Source: Nitrosopumilaceae archaeon
GTDB taxonomy: Archaea; Thermoproteota; Nitrososphaeria; Nitrososphaerales; Nitrosopumilaceae
Reading direction: 5' to 3'
Assembly (NCBI GenBank): GCA_965207375.1
Contig: CBDBMG010000001.1
Coordinates: 128,001-192,000, forward strand
DNA length: 64,000 nucleotides
The notes beneath the pieces were generated by a model. The model made no database searches and was not told the DNA's origin. It saw only the letters and a list, made by a program, of their open reading frames with translations. Positions 41,038-54,395 of this stretch are shown here, piece after piece; the stretch's first letter is position 1; each line of letters starts with the position of its first letter. The translations under genes and the position numbers were made by a program.

Positions 41038-41227
41038 CCGTATAGAGCAAAAGTTTGATGATGGAAAAGTTGACGAATTTGATGAATGGCTAGCGATTCA
41101 TCAAAGTTTTTCCCTACAAACCTTTATCTCTTAATGTTTCTCCTATGAAACCCACAATCAATTCATCAAACTTTTGTGAATGATTCATTCATCAAAGTTT
41201 TCCCAGTCAAACTTTCATGCTATACAG
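41038..41227. mobile_element. TA-flanked pogo-type MITE
   Basis: CCGTATAG...CTATACAG termini with TA on both sides. Confidence 0.6.
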
Positions 41228-41549
41228 TATGTGTAGGTGTATATTGCAAGATGAGTAGCCTATAATGGCAAAAATATATGCTACATATAATGAAGTTGTT
41301 AGCTATGTGTATAGCTAATGCATTCACTGAACTGCTGCATGACAATCAAAGCAGTAAAATAAAATAAAATGTAGCTAATCCGATTTAAAATGTTTCCAGC
41401 ATTTGAAGGGTATAAAATTTTGTTCTACAACATCTAGCTACAGCAAAAGCTTTGGTCTGGAAAAATCCTTTTTGGATTTTCAAGTTGGCTATAGACCATG
41501 ATTATACTGTAGTTTCTCTTAAATAATTATTATTGATGTTCACTTTTAG

Positions 41550-41625
41550 GCACTGGTGATATGGGGTCAGCAGACATTTCCACCAGTCACTCCAACCTTT
41601 CCCCCTCCTCCAACAATGACTACTG
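41550..41625 (+). CDS. Possible small Pro/Thr-rich exon
   Basis: TTTTAG acceptor, ALVIWGQQTFPPVTPTFPPPPTMTT, phase-1 GT donor. Confidence 0.4.
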
Positions 41626-43746
41626 GTATAGTTAATTTACTATCATAGCTAATTTATTACTTGAATGACAATAAATTGAATTTAATAATGCAGGGATTGC
41701 TATTCTGTCTGAGGAGCCTGACACCTTGTCAATCTGCATATGAGGTATATAAATCAAATTATTTCAAATTTTATGATTTAGTTTGTAACAATCGAGTAAC
41801 AATGGTGCCCAAAATGTTTAGTATGATTACCGGTGAAAAAATCATGCAAACTACTGAGAATGAAGAACTTTGAAATAGTCACATGTTACAACTGAAATGC
41901 AAAAATATTTTGTTTTATGAAGATTTCTAGAAACAAAAGTGATTTATGATTTACACTAGAGTGTACAAGGTTTACAAATATGTCGGGCCCCTCAATTCTG
42001 CCACAAATGTAAGGAAACAAGGAACACAATTCTGGTATGAATTAATTATGTTTATTCAAATGTCTGTCAATAATATTATAAGAGATTAAGTTTTCAAAAA
42101 AGTCAATAATTATAAAGTGATGCTATAGTGAAAATATGGAATCGATATCTTCTATCTACAGAAAGTTATGCACAAAACAATTTTATGGAAGTGTATGCCT
42201 TGTTGCACTATATTTCCATCTGCACCAACATTTCCTATTCTGATTGTCACACTTGCTTTGCTATGTCTTCATTATTAAACTTCTTTGCCAAAGGGCGTTG
42301 ACATTGCATGAAGGTATTAATATTCCACACAAGGTGTTAACATCTCACTTTGGGTACTGAGCCACATGCCTATAATGTGATCGCTATTAATAATGCCATT
42401 TGTATGATTAAGGATAACTGCAAGGAACAATATTTTCAAGCAATAGTTCAAGTACATGCGATAATGCAATTTCTAGATGTTTTGGTAAAACATGTAACTA
42501 GTCTCATATACTTCTGAATTTAAAAACTTTATTATTTCTTGTAGTTCTGAGGCATCTTAACGAATGTTATTGAGAGATTTTTAAAAATTATAAAATATGT
42601 TTAAGTTATGCTGATTTATATTGAAAAAACAATAGACACACTGCAAAATCTATACTTTTTCAGTAAAATTACTTAGATTACTAATAGTGTATGTGATGCT
42701 TTCTAAAGGTTTGACATGATTTATCAGACATAACCTTGACGTGCTAGAACAGTTTTAAATAGCTTTACAACTTATTGTCAATTTCATATTTCGGAGCTAA
42801 AAATTTTTTGGAAGTACATGCCTTGTTGCACTATAGAGCTATAGCCTTGAAGGCTATACACCCAGTGATTTAAGTAATAGGTCAATCCCTGTTGACAGGC
42901 TAGGCTGGCAGATGAAAATCTAGTAGTTTTCAAAACATTTTAAATTTGATAGTGGGCCAAGTTAACAGTATTAGGTTGTGCCACTAGTCGGTTTTCTGTG
43001 TTTTGATTTTATAAAATTGTTTTTCAAGGTGCATGTTTTCAGAAGTCATTCATTTTCATAACAATCCGATAGTAATTTTATAAAGGTTGTTTTCAAGCAT
43101 ATTTCATTTTCATGGCAATATCTGTATATAATGAAAGCCATCTGTCTCTATCTATTTGTCTCATAACACTGAGTCAATGATAACTCAGTTATCTCTGCAT
43201 TGATCAACGCTGGACTTGCATGTGATAGCTGTGTCTTCTGATGTCAGCTCTAAAAGCTTTTAAGAGCTGTAATTTATGTTTTACCATCTAAAATAACCAG
43301 GCACTGCGTAACTTAAACCACTAGCTATTAATCTACTGCCATTCAATGTATTGCAATAGCATTTTAATGAGCAAAGACTCATCACTAAGGAACACCAAAG
43401 ATAGTATAACTCCGTACAGAGTTATACTATCTATGATTAGAAACTGAAAAACAGTAGGATTTGTTATTGGGTTCGTTTATGTGAATGGTTTTTAATAGCC
43501 TAGGGATGGACAGACAGACAGACAGACAGACCGACACACAAAACCAGAAGCACGCCTGACAGAAGCAATTGAAATAACCATTAGCACATGGCAAAATAGT
43601 CATTAGTTTAGTGCTTATATAGGGTCACTGGAGATAGAATCTGCTGCATTCAGATACTGAAGCAACTTGAGTTCCTGGCTCTGAAAGCAAAAATCAGGAG
43701 CAGGAACACTACAAGTTCATCTATAGCTGTGCCATTATGATATAGT

Positions 43747-45283
43747 ATCAAGACTCACGATACTGAGTCGCAAGGCCAAGATTAAGCAGCCGTACGTATA
43801 CGCGACGAATGAGTCAGTTATTTACACATAGCACCGCTCTGAAAATTGTAAATGCTCTAGCTAAGGCGCCATGACAGTTATCGATTAGTTATTAAGGACT
43901 CGGTACGTTCTAACTATATAGAATTAGAAACCTGACAATGGAGGAAACCGGCACCACCAATCCTAAGTACTAGACATTGCAAGTTTTATGGCACCCGTTT
44001 GTGCGCCCACGCTCGAAAAACCATCCCTTTGGTGACCATTCACCTATTTACTAGACAAGTAGTACCTTTAGTGTGTGAAGAATTGTTGTTCTGAAGTTCA
44101 TCAACATTGGTCACATCTAACTTCTGCAACAGCCATACAAAGTCCTTCTTCTCATCAAAAAAAGTTTTACGTGGCCATCGTTTTTTTCTTTCTTTTTTTC
44201 ATCGCACACTTTTCGTGGGCTTGTGAGCCCCAGCGTGAATCCCGGAATATATATTTGAAACACTCATTTAGTACATACACTTATTTGTCTAATGACTCAC
44301 TCATTTCTGCATGCCGGGATTTCAGCCAACTTTGTATCAACACTTCTCCTATGAATGCTCTACCAGACAAACAACTTTCAGATACCTGAATCTATTTGAG
44401 AGATACTTTTACACTGCATGTTGATAGTTTCAATAACTCAGACCCCCTCTAAATCATTTGAATGAAATTTCAGATACACAAACTATATTGATATATGAAT
44501 CTTCAGTATAAGTTTAATTATGACACTTCAGTTTGTCAAAATTAGGCTTTAACCATTTCATTCATCCATGATAATTATGCCAAACAACAGCAGGTGAATA
44601 GTGGCCACACATTATAAATAGGAGATCACTGTCACTGTTAGCATACACAAAATTTTATTTAAAACATTATACTATTGTCTTCTCCCGTAAATTGATCAAC
44701 AGTAGAGGATGGCAATGATGTCACACATGCTACACATGACTGAGCCTTCATTGAAGTTATCAATTGTTCTCCAGCTACATAGCTAACAATTATATTAATA
44801 ACACATACTTTATATGTTCATTGGCTACTTGGGGGAAATACAAGGGAAACACCCAAAGTATTAACTTGCTCCTCCCCTTTAAAATTTAATTACTCTGCAT
44901 ACTTTATATAAGGTTTCCTGTCAGGACTTGTTTATAATTATATAATCTGTATTTGAATACTTACAAAAAGCAGTGATATGCTAAACTAAAACAGCCTGGC
45001 TGTGAAAAAGTGTGAGGCCAATCAGAAGCCACAATGGTTATAAGCGGCCAAAAACTCTGATATCAAGTAAGGCCAAGAAGTTGAATATTTTTTAAGAATC
45101 CTTTTACTTGAATGACATACAACAGTTTACAGGGCATTTTCACAACTATGATTCTTGGCCACTTTTTTGTACCATTATCTTTTGTAAGGTGGCCAAGTGA
45201 CAAAGCCAATCATAGTTGTGAAAATGCCCTGTAAACTATTGTATGTCATTCAGGTAAAAAGGATTCTTAAAAAATGTTCAACT
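43747..45283 (+). mobile_element. Helentron-like HINE family A, 3' foldback truncated
   Basis: ATCAAGACTCA-CGATAC-TGAGTC hairpin plus GCAAGGCCAA subterminal repeat; body homologous to 47292-48801 in inverted orientation. Confidence 0.75.
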
Positions 45284-46341
45284 TTATCAATCTATTCTAA
45301 TAAAGCAGTCACTATATTTGGTGGCTGCACTATTAGAGAGTATCAATATTTCATAATAATTATTCATTACGTAGATTTTCGAGGGCCATAAATTTCGCTG
45401 TTTTCGTGGTCAACTTGTCATCCACAAAATTTAAATCCTCGAAATTTCATAAAACAATCATACGTAATATACACATCACATAATGCAGGATGCCAACTCT
45501 GAGGCTAACCCACCAGTAGGCAATCATTATATGAGACATCCACTAATCCAATCTACATACATGACAGTAATTTATCCCACTTCACAGTTCATCTGGCCAC
45601 AATGAGGCAAATAACTAACAAATCTTTCAAATTTTAAAAGAGGAATAGGGATTAATCTTCACTGCATATAGTAAGGAAACAATGACCATTTTTGTGTTGA
45701 ATCCTACTATTAAGCAGAGGTGTATAGGCCGTATTGGTAATGCTTCAACAGGTAGATCATGGCCAATTGATCTTTCTTTTTTCTGTCTGAATATGGCTCC
45801 TATCACATTCTCATGTATCGTAACAAGTGAAATCTATAGGAAGATATTCTATTTATGGGTGCCACTACTGAATGTTAATCACAGGCAAAACAAGTTACCA
45901 AACTGAACTAGCCAAGTACAGGCCTGTATCCAGAAATTTCTGTTGAGGGTCCACAATCCAGGAGCGGTGAAAGAGCTTAAATACACGATGTATGCACATG
46001 AGGGATTCCATACACAAATTATTCTCTATTGCATGATTATCAAATACATACAACCCACAGACTTGACTTATTCAAGGAACACAAGTGAAATATACCACAC
46101 TGACTTCTTTATTAGAATGACTGTTTTATTAGAGTATATTGATCCAGCTTTTGGTTCAGTGACATCAGTTATTTTTCCCATTCTTCCTACCCCCTGCTAT
46201 TAAGTACTACCACATTGATGATACCATAGTATATATTATCTATGATGATACAGGCATATGACAAAATATTCACTTAGCTATGGTTAACAAATATCAGATA
46301 CCTATGTTGTCTGAATCCCATTATAATTATTATAATTATAG

Positions 46342-47010
46342 TGATAAATGGATCAGTGGCTGTGCTTGTTGGAGAACCTGTTACAGTTGGAGATGATGTA
46401 CGAGTGACTATTGACTGTAGTCCACTGATAGATGATGCAATTGATAATGGTATTCCAAATCCCACTGTAACTTGGTTTAAAGATGGAGCTGAACTCTCAA
46501 ATGCATATGTACCAAAGGTTGAAATATCTGCTGATAAAAGATTTTGTATAATCACTGACACTTTATTGGCTGTTGGTGGTCAACTTGGAAATGCTGGCCA
46601 ATATACTTGTGAAGTTTGTGATGGCACCATTTGCATGAATAAAACTAGTTGTCTGTTTGTTTGTGGTAAGGCTTAATGTTAACTACTGAGGAATGTTCTA
46701 TATAATATATACCTTTTGTATATTTAGCACCGCCAGTATCACTACCAATGATATTTCCAACTGTTATATCATTAACATGTGGACAAAACATTACCATTGA
46801 AACTTTAGTAGGAGTAGCTTCTCTTGTTATTCAGTGCATTTTATCATTTACTTTGACTACAGCAGAAGTTTATAAGGATGGTGAATTAGTTAGTAATAAT
46901 TTTTCACTGACAATTACGCCTGCTAGCAATGCTGATTTTGGTACATATACTTTTGTAGCATCAACTGAAGGGTGTGGTTCAACTAGTGCAGTGTCTAGAG
47001 TCAGTTTTAT
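46342..47010 (+). CDS. Two Ig-like exons (46342-46665; 46728 to about 47000)
   Basis: VTIDC...PTVTWFKDG...GQYTCEVC; LVIQC...VYKDG...DFGTYTFVAS; 62-nt GT-AG intron; second donor uncertain. Confidence 0.75.
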
Positions 47011-47291
47011 AAGATTTATATTTCAAAAGTGGTACACTACAACACCACATATTTGTATAAGCATGGCATTGAATTGATGGGTATCTACGTATACTTTAAA
47101 ACACAATACAGAAGAAATTTTCACATGGTATGCATGCAGTAATGTTCAACCTCAGTAATTGTGCTTAGTGGTATTTCAATTACTGAACTGGTTTTCAAGT
47201 AAAATATCTCAGTTTTCTCTGCTTAACTTACAACTGTTCATTGCTTTTATACATTACCATAACTTTTGTGCTTTGTGTTATGTGTATGCTT

Positions 47292-48801
47292 ATATGCTAA
47301 ACAAAAACAGCCTGGCTGTAAAAAAGTGCGAGGCCAATCAGAAGCCACAATGGTTATATTAGCGACCAAAAACTCTGATATCAAGTAAGGCCAAGAAGTT
47401 GAACATTTTATTAAGAATCCTTTTACTTGAATGACATACAATAGTTTACAGGGAATTTTCACAACTATGATTGGCTTTGTCACTTGGCCACCTTTTTGCA
47501 CCATCATCTTTAATAAGGTGGCCAATTGCAAGTGACAAAGCCAATCATAGTTGTGAAAATGCCCTGTAAACTATTGTATGTCATTCAAGTAAAAGGATTC
47601 TTAATAAAATGTTCAACTTCTTGGCCTTACTTGATATCAGAGTTTTTGGTCGCTTATAACCATTGTGGCTTCTGATTGGCCTCGCACTTTTTTTACAGCC
47701 AGGCTGTTTTTGTTTAGCATATCACTGCTTTTTGTAAGTATTCAAAAACAGATCATATAATATAAACAAGTCCTGACAAGAAACCTTATATAAAGTATGC
47801 AGAGTAATAAAATTTTAAGGGGAGAGGAGGAAGTTAATACTTTGGGTGTTTCCCTTGTATTTCCCCCAAGTAGCTAAAATGAATATATAAAGTATGTGTT
47901 ATTAAATATAATTGTTAGCTATGTAGGTGGAGAACAGTTGAGAACTTCAATGAAGCCGGCTACATCATTGCCATCCTCTACTGACAGTCTGTTGATCGAT
48001 CTATAGGAGAAAACAATATTATAGTGTTTTAAACAAAAATTTTATATGCTAGTAGAGACAGTGGTAATATATTTTGTGTATCTGAAATTTCATTCAAATG
48101 ATTTAGAGGGGGTCTGAGTTATGGAAACTATCAACATACAGTGTAAAAGTACCTCTCAAATACATTGAGGTATTTACTTTATGCTGAAAGTTGTTTGTCT
48201 GGTAGAGCATACATAGAAGAAGTGTTGATACAAATTTGGTTGCAGAAATGAGTGAGTTATTAGACAAACAAGTGTATGTACTAAATGAGTGTTTCAAATA
48301 GAAATTCCGGGATTCACACGGGGGTCATGCGCAAGCCCACAAAAAGTGTGCAAAGAAAATGAAAGAAAAAAAGCCACGGCCGCGTAAAATTTTTTTGATG
48401 ACAGGAAGGACTGAAAGGACTTTGTATGGCTGTTGCTGAACCAATATTGATGAACTTCAGGACAACAATTCCTCACACACTATATAAAGGTACTATTTGT
48501 CTAGTAAACGGGTGAATGGGCACCAAAGGATGGTTTTTCGAGCGTGGGTGCACGAACGGGCGCCATAAAACTTGCAATGGCTGGTACTTAGGATTGGTGG
48601 TGCCGATTTCCTCCATTGTCGGGTTACTAATTCTATATAGTTAGAACATTCTGAGTCCTGAATAACTAGACGATAGCTGTCGTGGCGGCTTAGTCACAGC
48701 ATTTTCAAATTTCAGAACGGTGCTACGAGTAAATAACTCACTCATTCGTCACATACGGCTGCTTCTTCTTGGCCTCATGACTCACTATCGTGAGTCTTGA
48801 T
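47292..48801 (-). mobile_element. Helentron-like HINE family A, complete copy with 3' foldback
   Basis: 5' ATCAAGACTCAC-GATA-GTGAGTC; 3' TTGGCCTCGC, T run, ACAGCCAGGCTGT, T run; palindrome 47292-47722. Confidence 0.8.
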
Positions 48802-49559
48802 TTCTAGCACTGCATTAGTTATGATATCGGTGAAGTTATTCTTTAAGATCAATGAGGACATGCATGTCATATTATTTGCAAACATTGAGTAGATTCCTGT
48901 TTGGAAACATGCAGTCTTAATTGTGACTTGACCATCAAGCATGCTGGCGAAGTGAGTGAGTGTCAAGTATAGAGGTTTATAAAAAAGTATCAGTTATCTA
49001 TGGTATAACAATGTATCGATTACTGCCAGCTCAGGCGCTTATTTGATAAAACCCTGCGTGATAAGAAGATGTAAGCCACAATGGTACAGTACTACGTAGC
49101 TTGGCTCACACAACTTTAAAAAACCTTATTAGAGAAGGAGCAATTGCAAAGATTATTTTTATAATTTGCAACAAATTGATGAGTTCCTGTGGAGGTTCCT
49201 GTTTTCCGTTCCTGCTCCCAGAATTCTACCCATTTAAAAGCAAGTATATGATTATTATCTCTGTTACTAACTGTTGTCACCCTTTGGAATTTTACACCAA
49301 TAACATTATTGTATTTTATTTTCCATATATATAGCACAGATAACCATGCATACTTTATTTTCCATACAGCACTTTATGGAAAATAAAGCATATTAGTCCT
49401 TTTGATTTGCTCACTATTATCATAAAAACAGACCCATTGCATAAACATGCTGGCTATAGATATACGTACATATGATACACTTTATCTTAATTGTAATAGT
49501 CATTAACTATATATAAATCACTTTATCAATGGAATGTTACATAAAATGGTTATTTTTAG

Positions 49560-49975
49560 TTATCACTGTGATGTTTGAGCATTCAATATACAAAGTTGAT
49601 GAAGATGCTGGACCAGCACAACCTGTACTAGTTCTCAATTGCCAATCATCAATGGAATGTAATGTAACAGTGTTTAACACTAATGGATCAGCTAGTGGTG
49701 AGTACTGTAGTATGTATAATTATTTGATTGACTATTAATACTATAATGGTATGACTAACATGTTACAGGAGGAGGTTTTGATTATATTTCTGGACCATAC
49801 ACTGTCACATTTCCTGCTGGAGTGACAAGGGTTCCATTTGATATTCCAATATATGATGATAACATATTGGAAGGCAATGAGAGCTTTATACTCACTATTA
49901 GCCCATCCTCACTACCCACTGGTGTTACTGTTGGTGATCCTGGTCAAGCTACAGTGACCATAGTGGATATTGAGT
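49560..49975 (+). CDS. Calx-beta domain, two exons (49560-49697, 49769-49975)
   Basis: VMFEHSIYKVDEDAGPAQPVLVL...GSASGGGFDYISGPYTVTFPAGVTRVPFDIPIYDDNILEGNESFILTI...ATVTIVD. Confidence 0.9.
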
Positions 49976-50863
49976 GTTAGTAATTCATTACATTAATAAC
50001 ATGTAGCTACATACAGTAAACGTTATGAAAAATACAGTTAGCTAAATTTAAGTGTAGGAATCTTTATATGAAGCAAGCAAAATCTTATGATATATTTTTA
50101 GATCATGCATGCCAATAAAATAAATGTACAAGCTGTAGATGTATTAGTTCCTTACAAATTACAGTAAAAAGTATTACAGTACGATATGTCTTAGAGTATC
50201 TAGTGTGATGTCATTAGGTGTAAATATATTATTCTTGGCCACACCACCTCGTTTAGACAATGTTATTTTTATTCTGAGAGTGATGTGTGCCAGATTTCTA
50301 CTAGCTATATAGATTTACAAAATGGTCTTAATTACAGGGGCGGATCTGGAACTTCCTGAGAGGGGGGCTAACCATTGTAGTAAATCTCTGCAGCAGGCCG
50401 GGGGTCTGGGGGCACAGCCCCCAGAAGCTATAGGGTATTCAGTTCATTTTGTAAAGTGCCAAAATGCCACCTACGTGACACAAGATTTAGAGTGTATTTA
50501 ATTCAGTTTGTAAGAACTGAAGAGCTAACCAAAATAGTACCAGGTGTTGTGGTGGGTGCAATCCTTCTTTAGAAGGTGTATAGGCAGGTATGCATTAGAA
50601 ATAACTACTGAGTGTTGTTCTAGTCAGACTAATATCACCATTTTTAATCAAAACTAAACTAATTGTTTACTACTTAGCTGCCAGTTCTGTAAATGAGTCA
50701 TTTTAGTAAAATGACTAAAACTAAATTATAGTAGCTAATGAATAATTTATTATAATGAACAATTTTAGTTCAATGACTAAAGATTAAATGATGGTTGGTT
50801 GCATTAATCAACACTAATAGTGTTTGAATTGCAGCATAACTTTGTAATACACAATGAATGTAG

Positions 50864-51120
50864 CTACGTATAAACTCAGTTTCAGTAGTGATAACGATAT
50901 AGGAACAACTACAGGAATCATTGCAGGCATAATTCTTTTCATAATTGGAATTCCAGCACTAGTATTGGTCCTTTTTATATACATTATAAAACGAAGGCAC
51001 GCCATATCTCATCAAAAATTTGAAAATGAAAAAGATGATGAAACAGTTAATGGTGTTGCAATATATGATGCTGAGGAGACAACAGTCTCAGTTGACAATT
51101 CAACTTATGAAAAACATTAG
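50864..51120 (+). CDS. Terminal exon with a transmembrane helix and short cytoplasmic tail
   Basis: GIIAGIILFIIGIPALVLVLFIYII followed by KRRH; tail has AIYD and DNSTY; phase-1 acceptor. Confidence 0.7.
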
Positions 51121-51342
51121 CGTTTAGCTATGTAGCTATAGCTATACTCTAGCTAGCCACATATTATTTTAACTGTAGCTTATCCCATTCTGATTTTTAA
51201 GCTGTGCATGTTACGTAAATTCAAATCATTAACATATTTATATAATACATTCCTTATAGTTAGTACAACAGAACTGGTAACAGTTAAAAGAAGTAGCTAC
51301 CTTGTTAGCTATAGCTAAATAGCTAGTTATTATGTAGCTATA

Positions 51343-51484
51343 CACTGTTAAAACTGCTGTGTTGTTTTAGCACACAAATAAGTCATATTTGGTACCCTCT
51401 TTCTGTTTTTCTCCGTTTTTCTCTGTGACATGGTACCAAATATGACTCATCTTTTGTTAAAACAACACAGCAGTTTTAACAGTG
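51343..51484. mobile_element. Palindromic CACTG-terminated MITE (EnSpm/CACTA type)
   Basis: CACTGTTAAAACTGCTGTGTTGTTTTA ... TAAAACAACACAGCAGTTTTAACAGTG; TA flanks. Confidence 0.7.
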
Positions 51485-53483
51485 TAGATATGTATATGCA
51501 TTCAGGAAAATATAATGTTGCCTGATTACAATAGTGACCAGCTAACTAACTAGCTATTGTATGGTGATTTTTGAGGCTACAAATAGACATAGCCTTTGCA
51601 TATACTGTCATATAGCCTCAGTAAAGTTACAATGACAATTTCTAGTTGCTATAGCTAACATAAAAACCTTTAACACTTTCACATTCTTGAGGTGAATGCC
51701 TCAGTACCACAAGGACTTGCAAATTGAATCTGTAAGACATAGCTAATCCGTAAAGCATGGTCTACAAAGCATAGCCAAGTGTCCTTTAAAGTTAATGGCT
51801 TACTTAACATGTACACAAGACTTACATATTTGTAAACAATGGTATAATAACTATATCTACAAGCTATAGCCTTAGACAACAGTCATTTGAGCTTGAACAT
51901 TGGTTCCTTATACTTTATGAATTACACTTTTTATAGCTTTTTGGATTCAATTTGCAAGTTTCTGTAAAAGCTACTACGTAGATATTTTTGCAAGTAATGC
52001 ATGATAGCTACTGAGCTTATATAGCTAGAGGAATATGTACAAATATATAATTATTAATATTGGTAATAAGATCAGTAATTATTGATATTTCTATTTTTAG
52101 CAGTAGTATCAGTGATTTTCAAAATGGTTTTAGCTATTTCAAAAGCTTTGATGATTAATAAAGGCTTGTGGGTATATATATGTATTAACACCCCGTGTAT
52201 AGTCAGTAAATGTAATCGGATATAGCTATGCATGAAATAAATAATCAAGCATTTGCAATTTTAATGAGCACATGCACATAGCTACATGTACATCTAAAAT
52301 ATTTTCTGTGTTGAAACAGTAATTCAAGTTGTCTCTGATTGGTTTAACCACTTAGCTACATGACCTAACATATAGCCAGACAATTTATAGCTATTTGTAT
52401 CCATGCCAATAGGTGTCATTATATTCCATTCCACCTAACAATCCGGTCCATGTTTCATTCATTGATCATTAAAAACATGTAGTAGCTAGTTAGTTTATGA
52501 GCCAATTCTTATACTAATGCTTGCAATTCGATGACAATCCTTCGGAACATAGCTATACAATACGTATACTCATAAAGATCTAGATCGATCACTAACTAGC
52601 TACATGCGGCTATATGTTTTGTTCTGTGACAATTTAACTACTTAGTTCAAAAGGTGTAACTGAACTGATAATTATGCATTATATCATTATAGCTGTATGG
52701 CACCTTTCATGGGAAATGACTAAGTGATAAATACAGACACAGACACAGTCTGTGTCTGATATAATTAGTAATGCACCCGCCGTTAATACTGTTAACAGAC
52801 GCGATGTTTTTGCGTGTACTTATTACATCATTAACTTCAGAATACTTGCCAATATATAACTTTGACTTTTCGCTACAATACAGCTGCTTTACCATGTTAG
52901 CGTTCGTGTTAACAAGCGCCTGTAAACATAATTAAGTTGGCGCCTGTAACGAATTAGGCGCCTCGAAAGTAGTCTAGGGACAGATTGATTTATATTATGT
53001 GATTATGCAAACTATATACGTATATATAATTATACTATGCAAGTATGCTATAAAAAGCAAACAAAATAGAATAATTAAAAATTTAATTCAAAAAGTGAGT
53101 AGGGATCGCTACAAAAAGTAAGGAAACAAGGAATAAGATTTTGGCACAAGAGAACACTAAAGTTTAATCCCTACTTTTGTCTCACAATTTCAGTAGGTTA
53201 GTAGTTAGCTATGATCAAGCCAAAAGTATGTGCCATGCAAAATCTTATTCCTTGTTTCCTTACTTTTTGTAGCAATCCCTACTCACTTTTAAATTTTAAA
53301 ATTTATTCTAGTCATATACATAAGAGGTGTATAACAATAGTGTAATTGCCATGCACTTTTGTATCATGATCTACAGCGATATAAAATGACAGTAAAGTGT
53401 GAAATAACTGATTTTTAGAACTTTTCCAAAATTATAAGCACTAGCTAAATACGTAGTTGCACAGCTGTAAACTGGCAACCATA

Positions 53484-53548
53484 ATCAAGACACACGGTCG
53501 TATGTCAGCGGCCAAGAAAGACACGGGAGCACACATGTGTTATATACA
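53484..53548 (+). mobile_element. Isolated 5' end of Helentron-like family B
   Basis: ATCAAGACACACGGTCGTATGTCAGCGGCCAAGAAAGAC matches the reverse complement of 63379-63417 with few differences. Confidence 0.75.
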
Positions 53549-53570
53549 ACTACAGCATCAGTCATAAAAT

Positions 53571-53821
53571 GTGACCGGATTTTGGAAAACAGACCATTTT
53601 GTCACATTTGACATCATTTGTATTTCTGTATATATTTAAGATACTCCAGACGGTACTACTGGTTTAATAAGTGGTTAAATTAATCGCACACAACTTGAAT
53701 TACTGTTTAAGCATTGGAAATAGTTTAGAAGTACATACTGATTAAAATTACAAATGCATAAACATGGCAATTCTATTTATTTCATGCGTGACAATATGGT
53801 CTGTTTCCAAAATCTGGTCAC
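53571..53821. mobile_element. Sola1-like MITE
   Basis: GTGACCGGATTTTGGAAA TIR, as at 23902; TSD AAAT. Confidence 0.75.
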
Positions 53822-54014
53822 AAATACTATACGTATAAGTAGCTATACAGTTTTGATGTTGATACATCGATATATCACGATATTCAATATATCAATATGA
53901 CTTAAATGTGTATCAATATAGTATCACTGCCTAATGCCATCACGATATGGCAATACATCAATATAATAATTATTTTTGCAAGTTTACTTATTTTTGTAAG
54001 TTAACTTTTCAGAC

Positions 54015-54395
54015 CCCGGCTATTTCTTCCACTATTAAAAGTGAATGGAATTTTTGTGGAATAAGCTTCCTTCTAATGTTTTGGATGTAGCTACAGTTGG
54101 GAACTCGTTCTCCACCTTTAAACTGGCACTATATGTAGCTAGATGGTTGTTTTTGTAATTTATGTTTTGTTCTTGCATGTATTGTTAATTTGTTATGTAG
54201 TTATGTATTTGTTGTATTTAACTAGATATTATGTTTGTAGCTATTGCATGTGTGTGTGTGTGTTTGTAAGTTAATTAACTAGTTAATATTTTTGTTGTGT
54301 ATGTTTTTTTGTTTTTCTGGAGAGCACCTAGTCCAGGCGTGGTCCTTTTATGTAACCCTTTAAAAATTGATAATTATCTAATAATCTAATCTAAT
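54015..54395 (+). mobile_element. LINE (CR1/L2-like) 3' remnant
   Basis: LWNKLPSNVL resembles the ORF2 C-terminus; GT-rich UTR; (AATCT)n tail. Confidence 0.45.
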
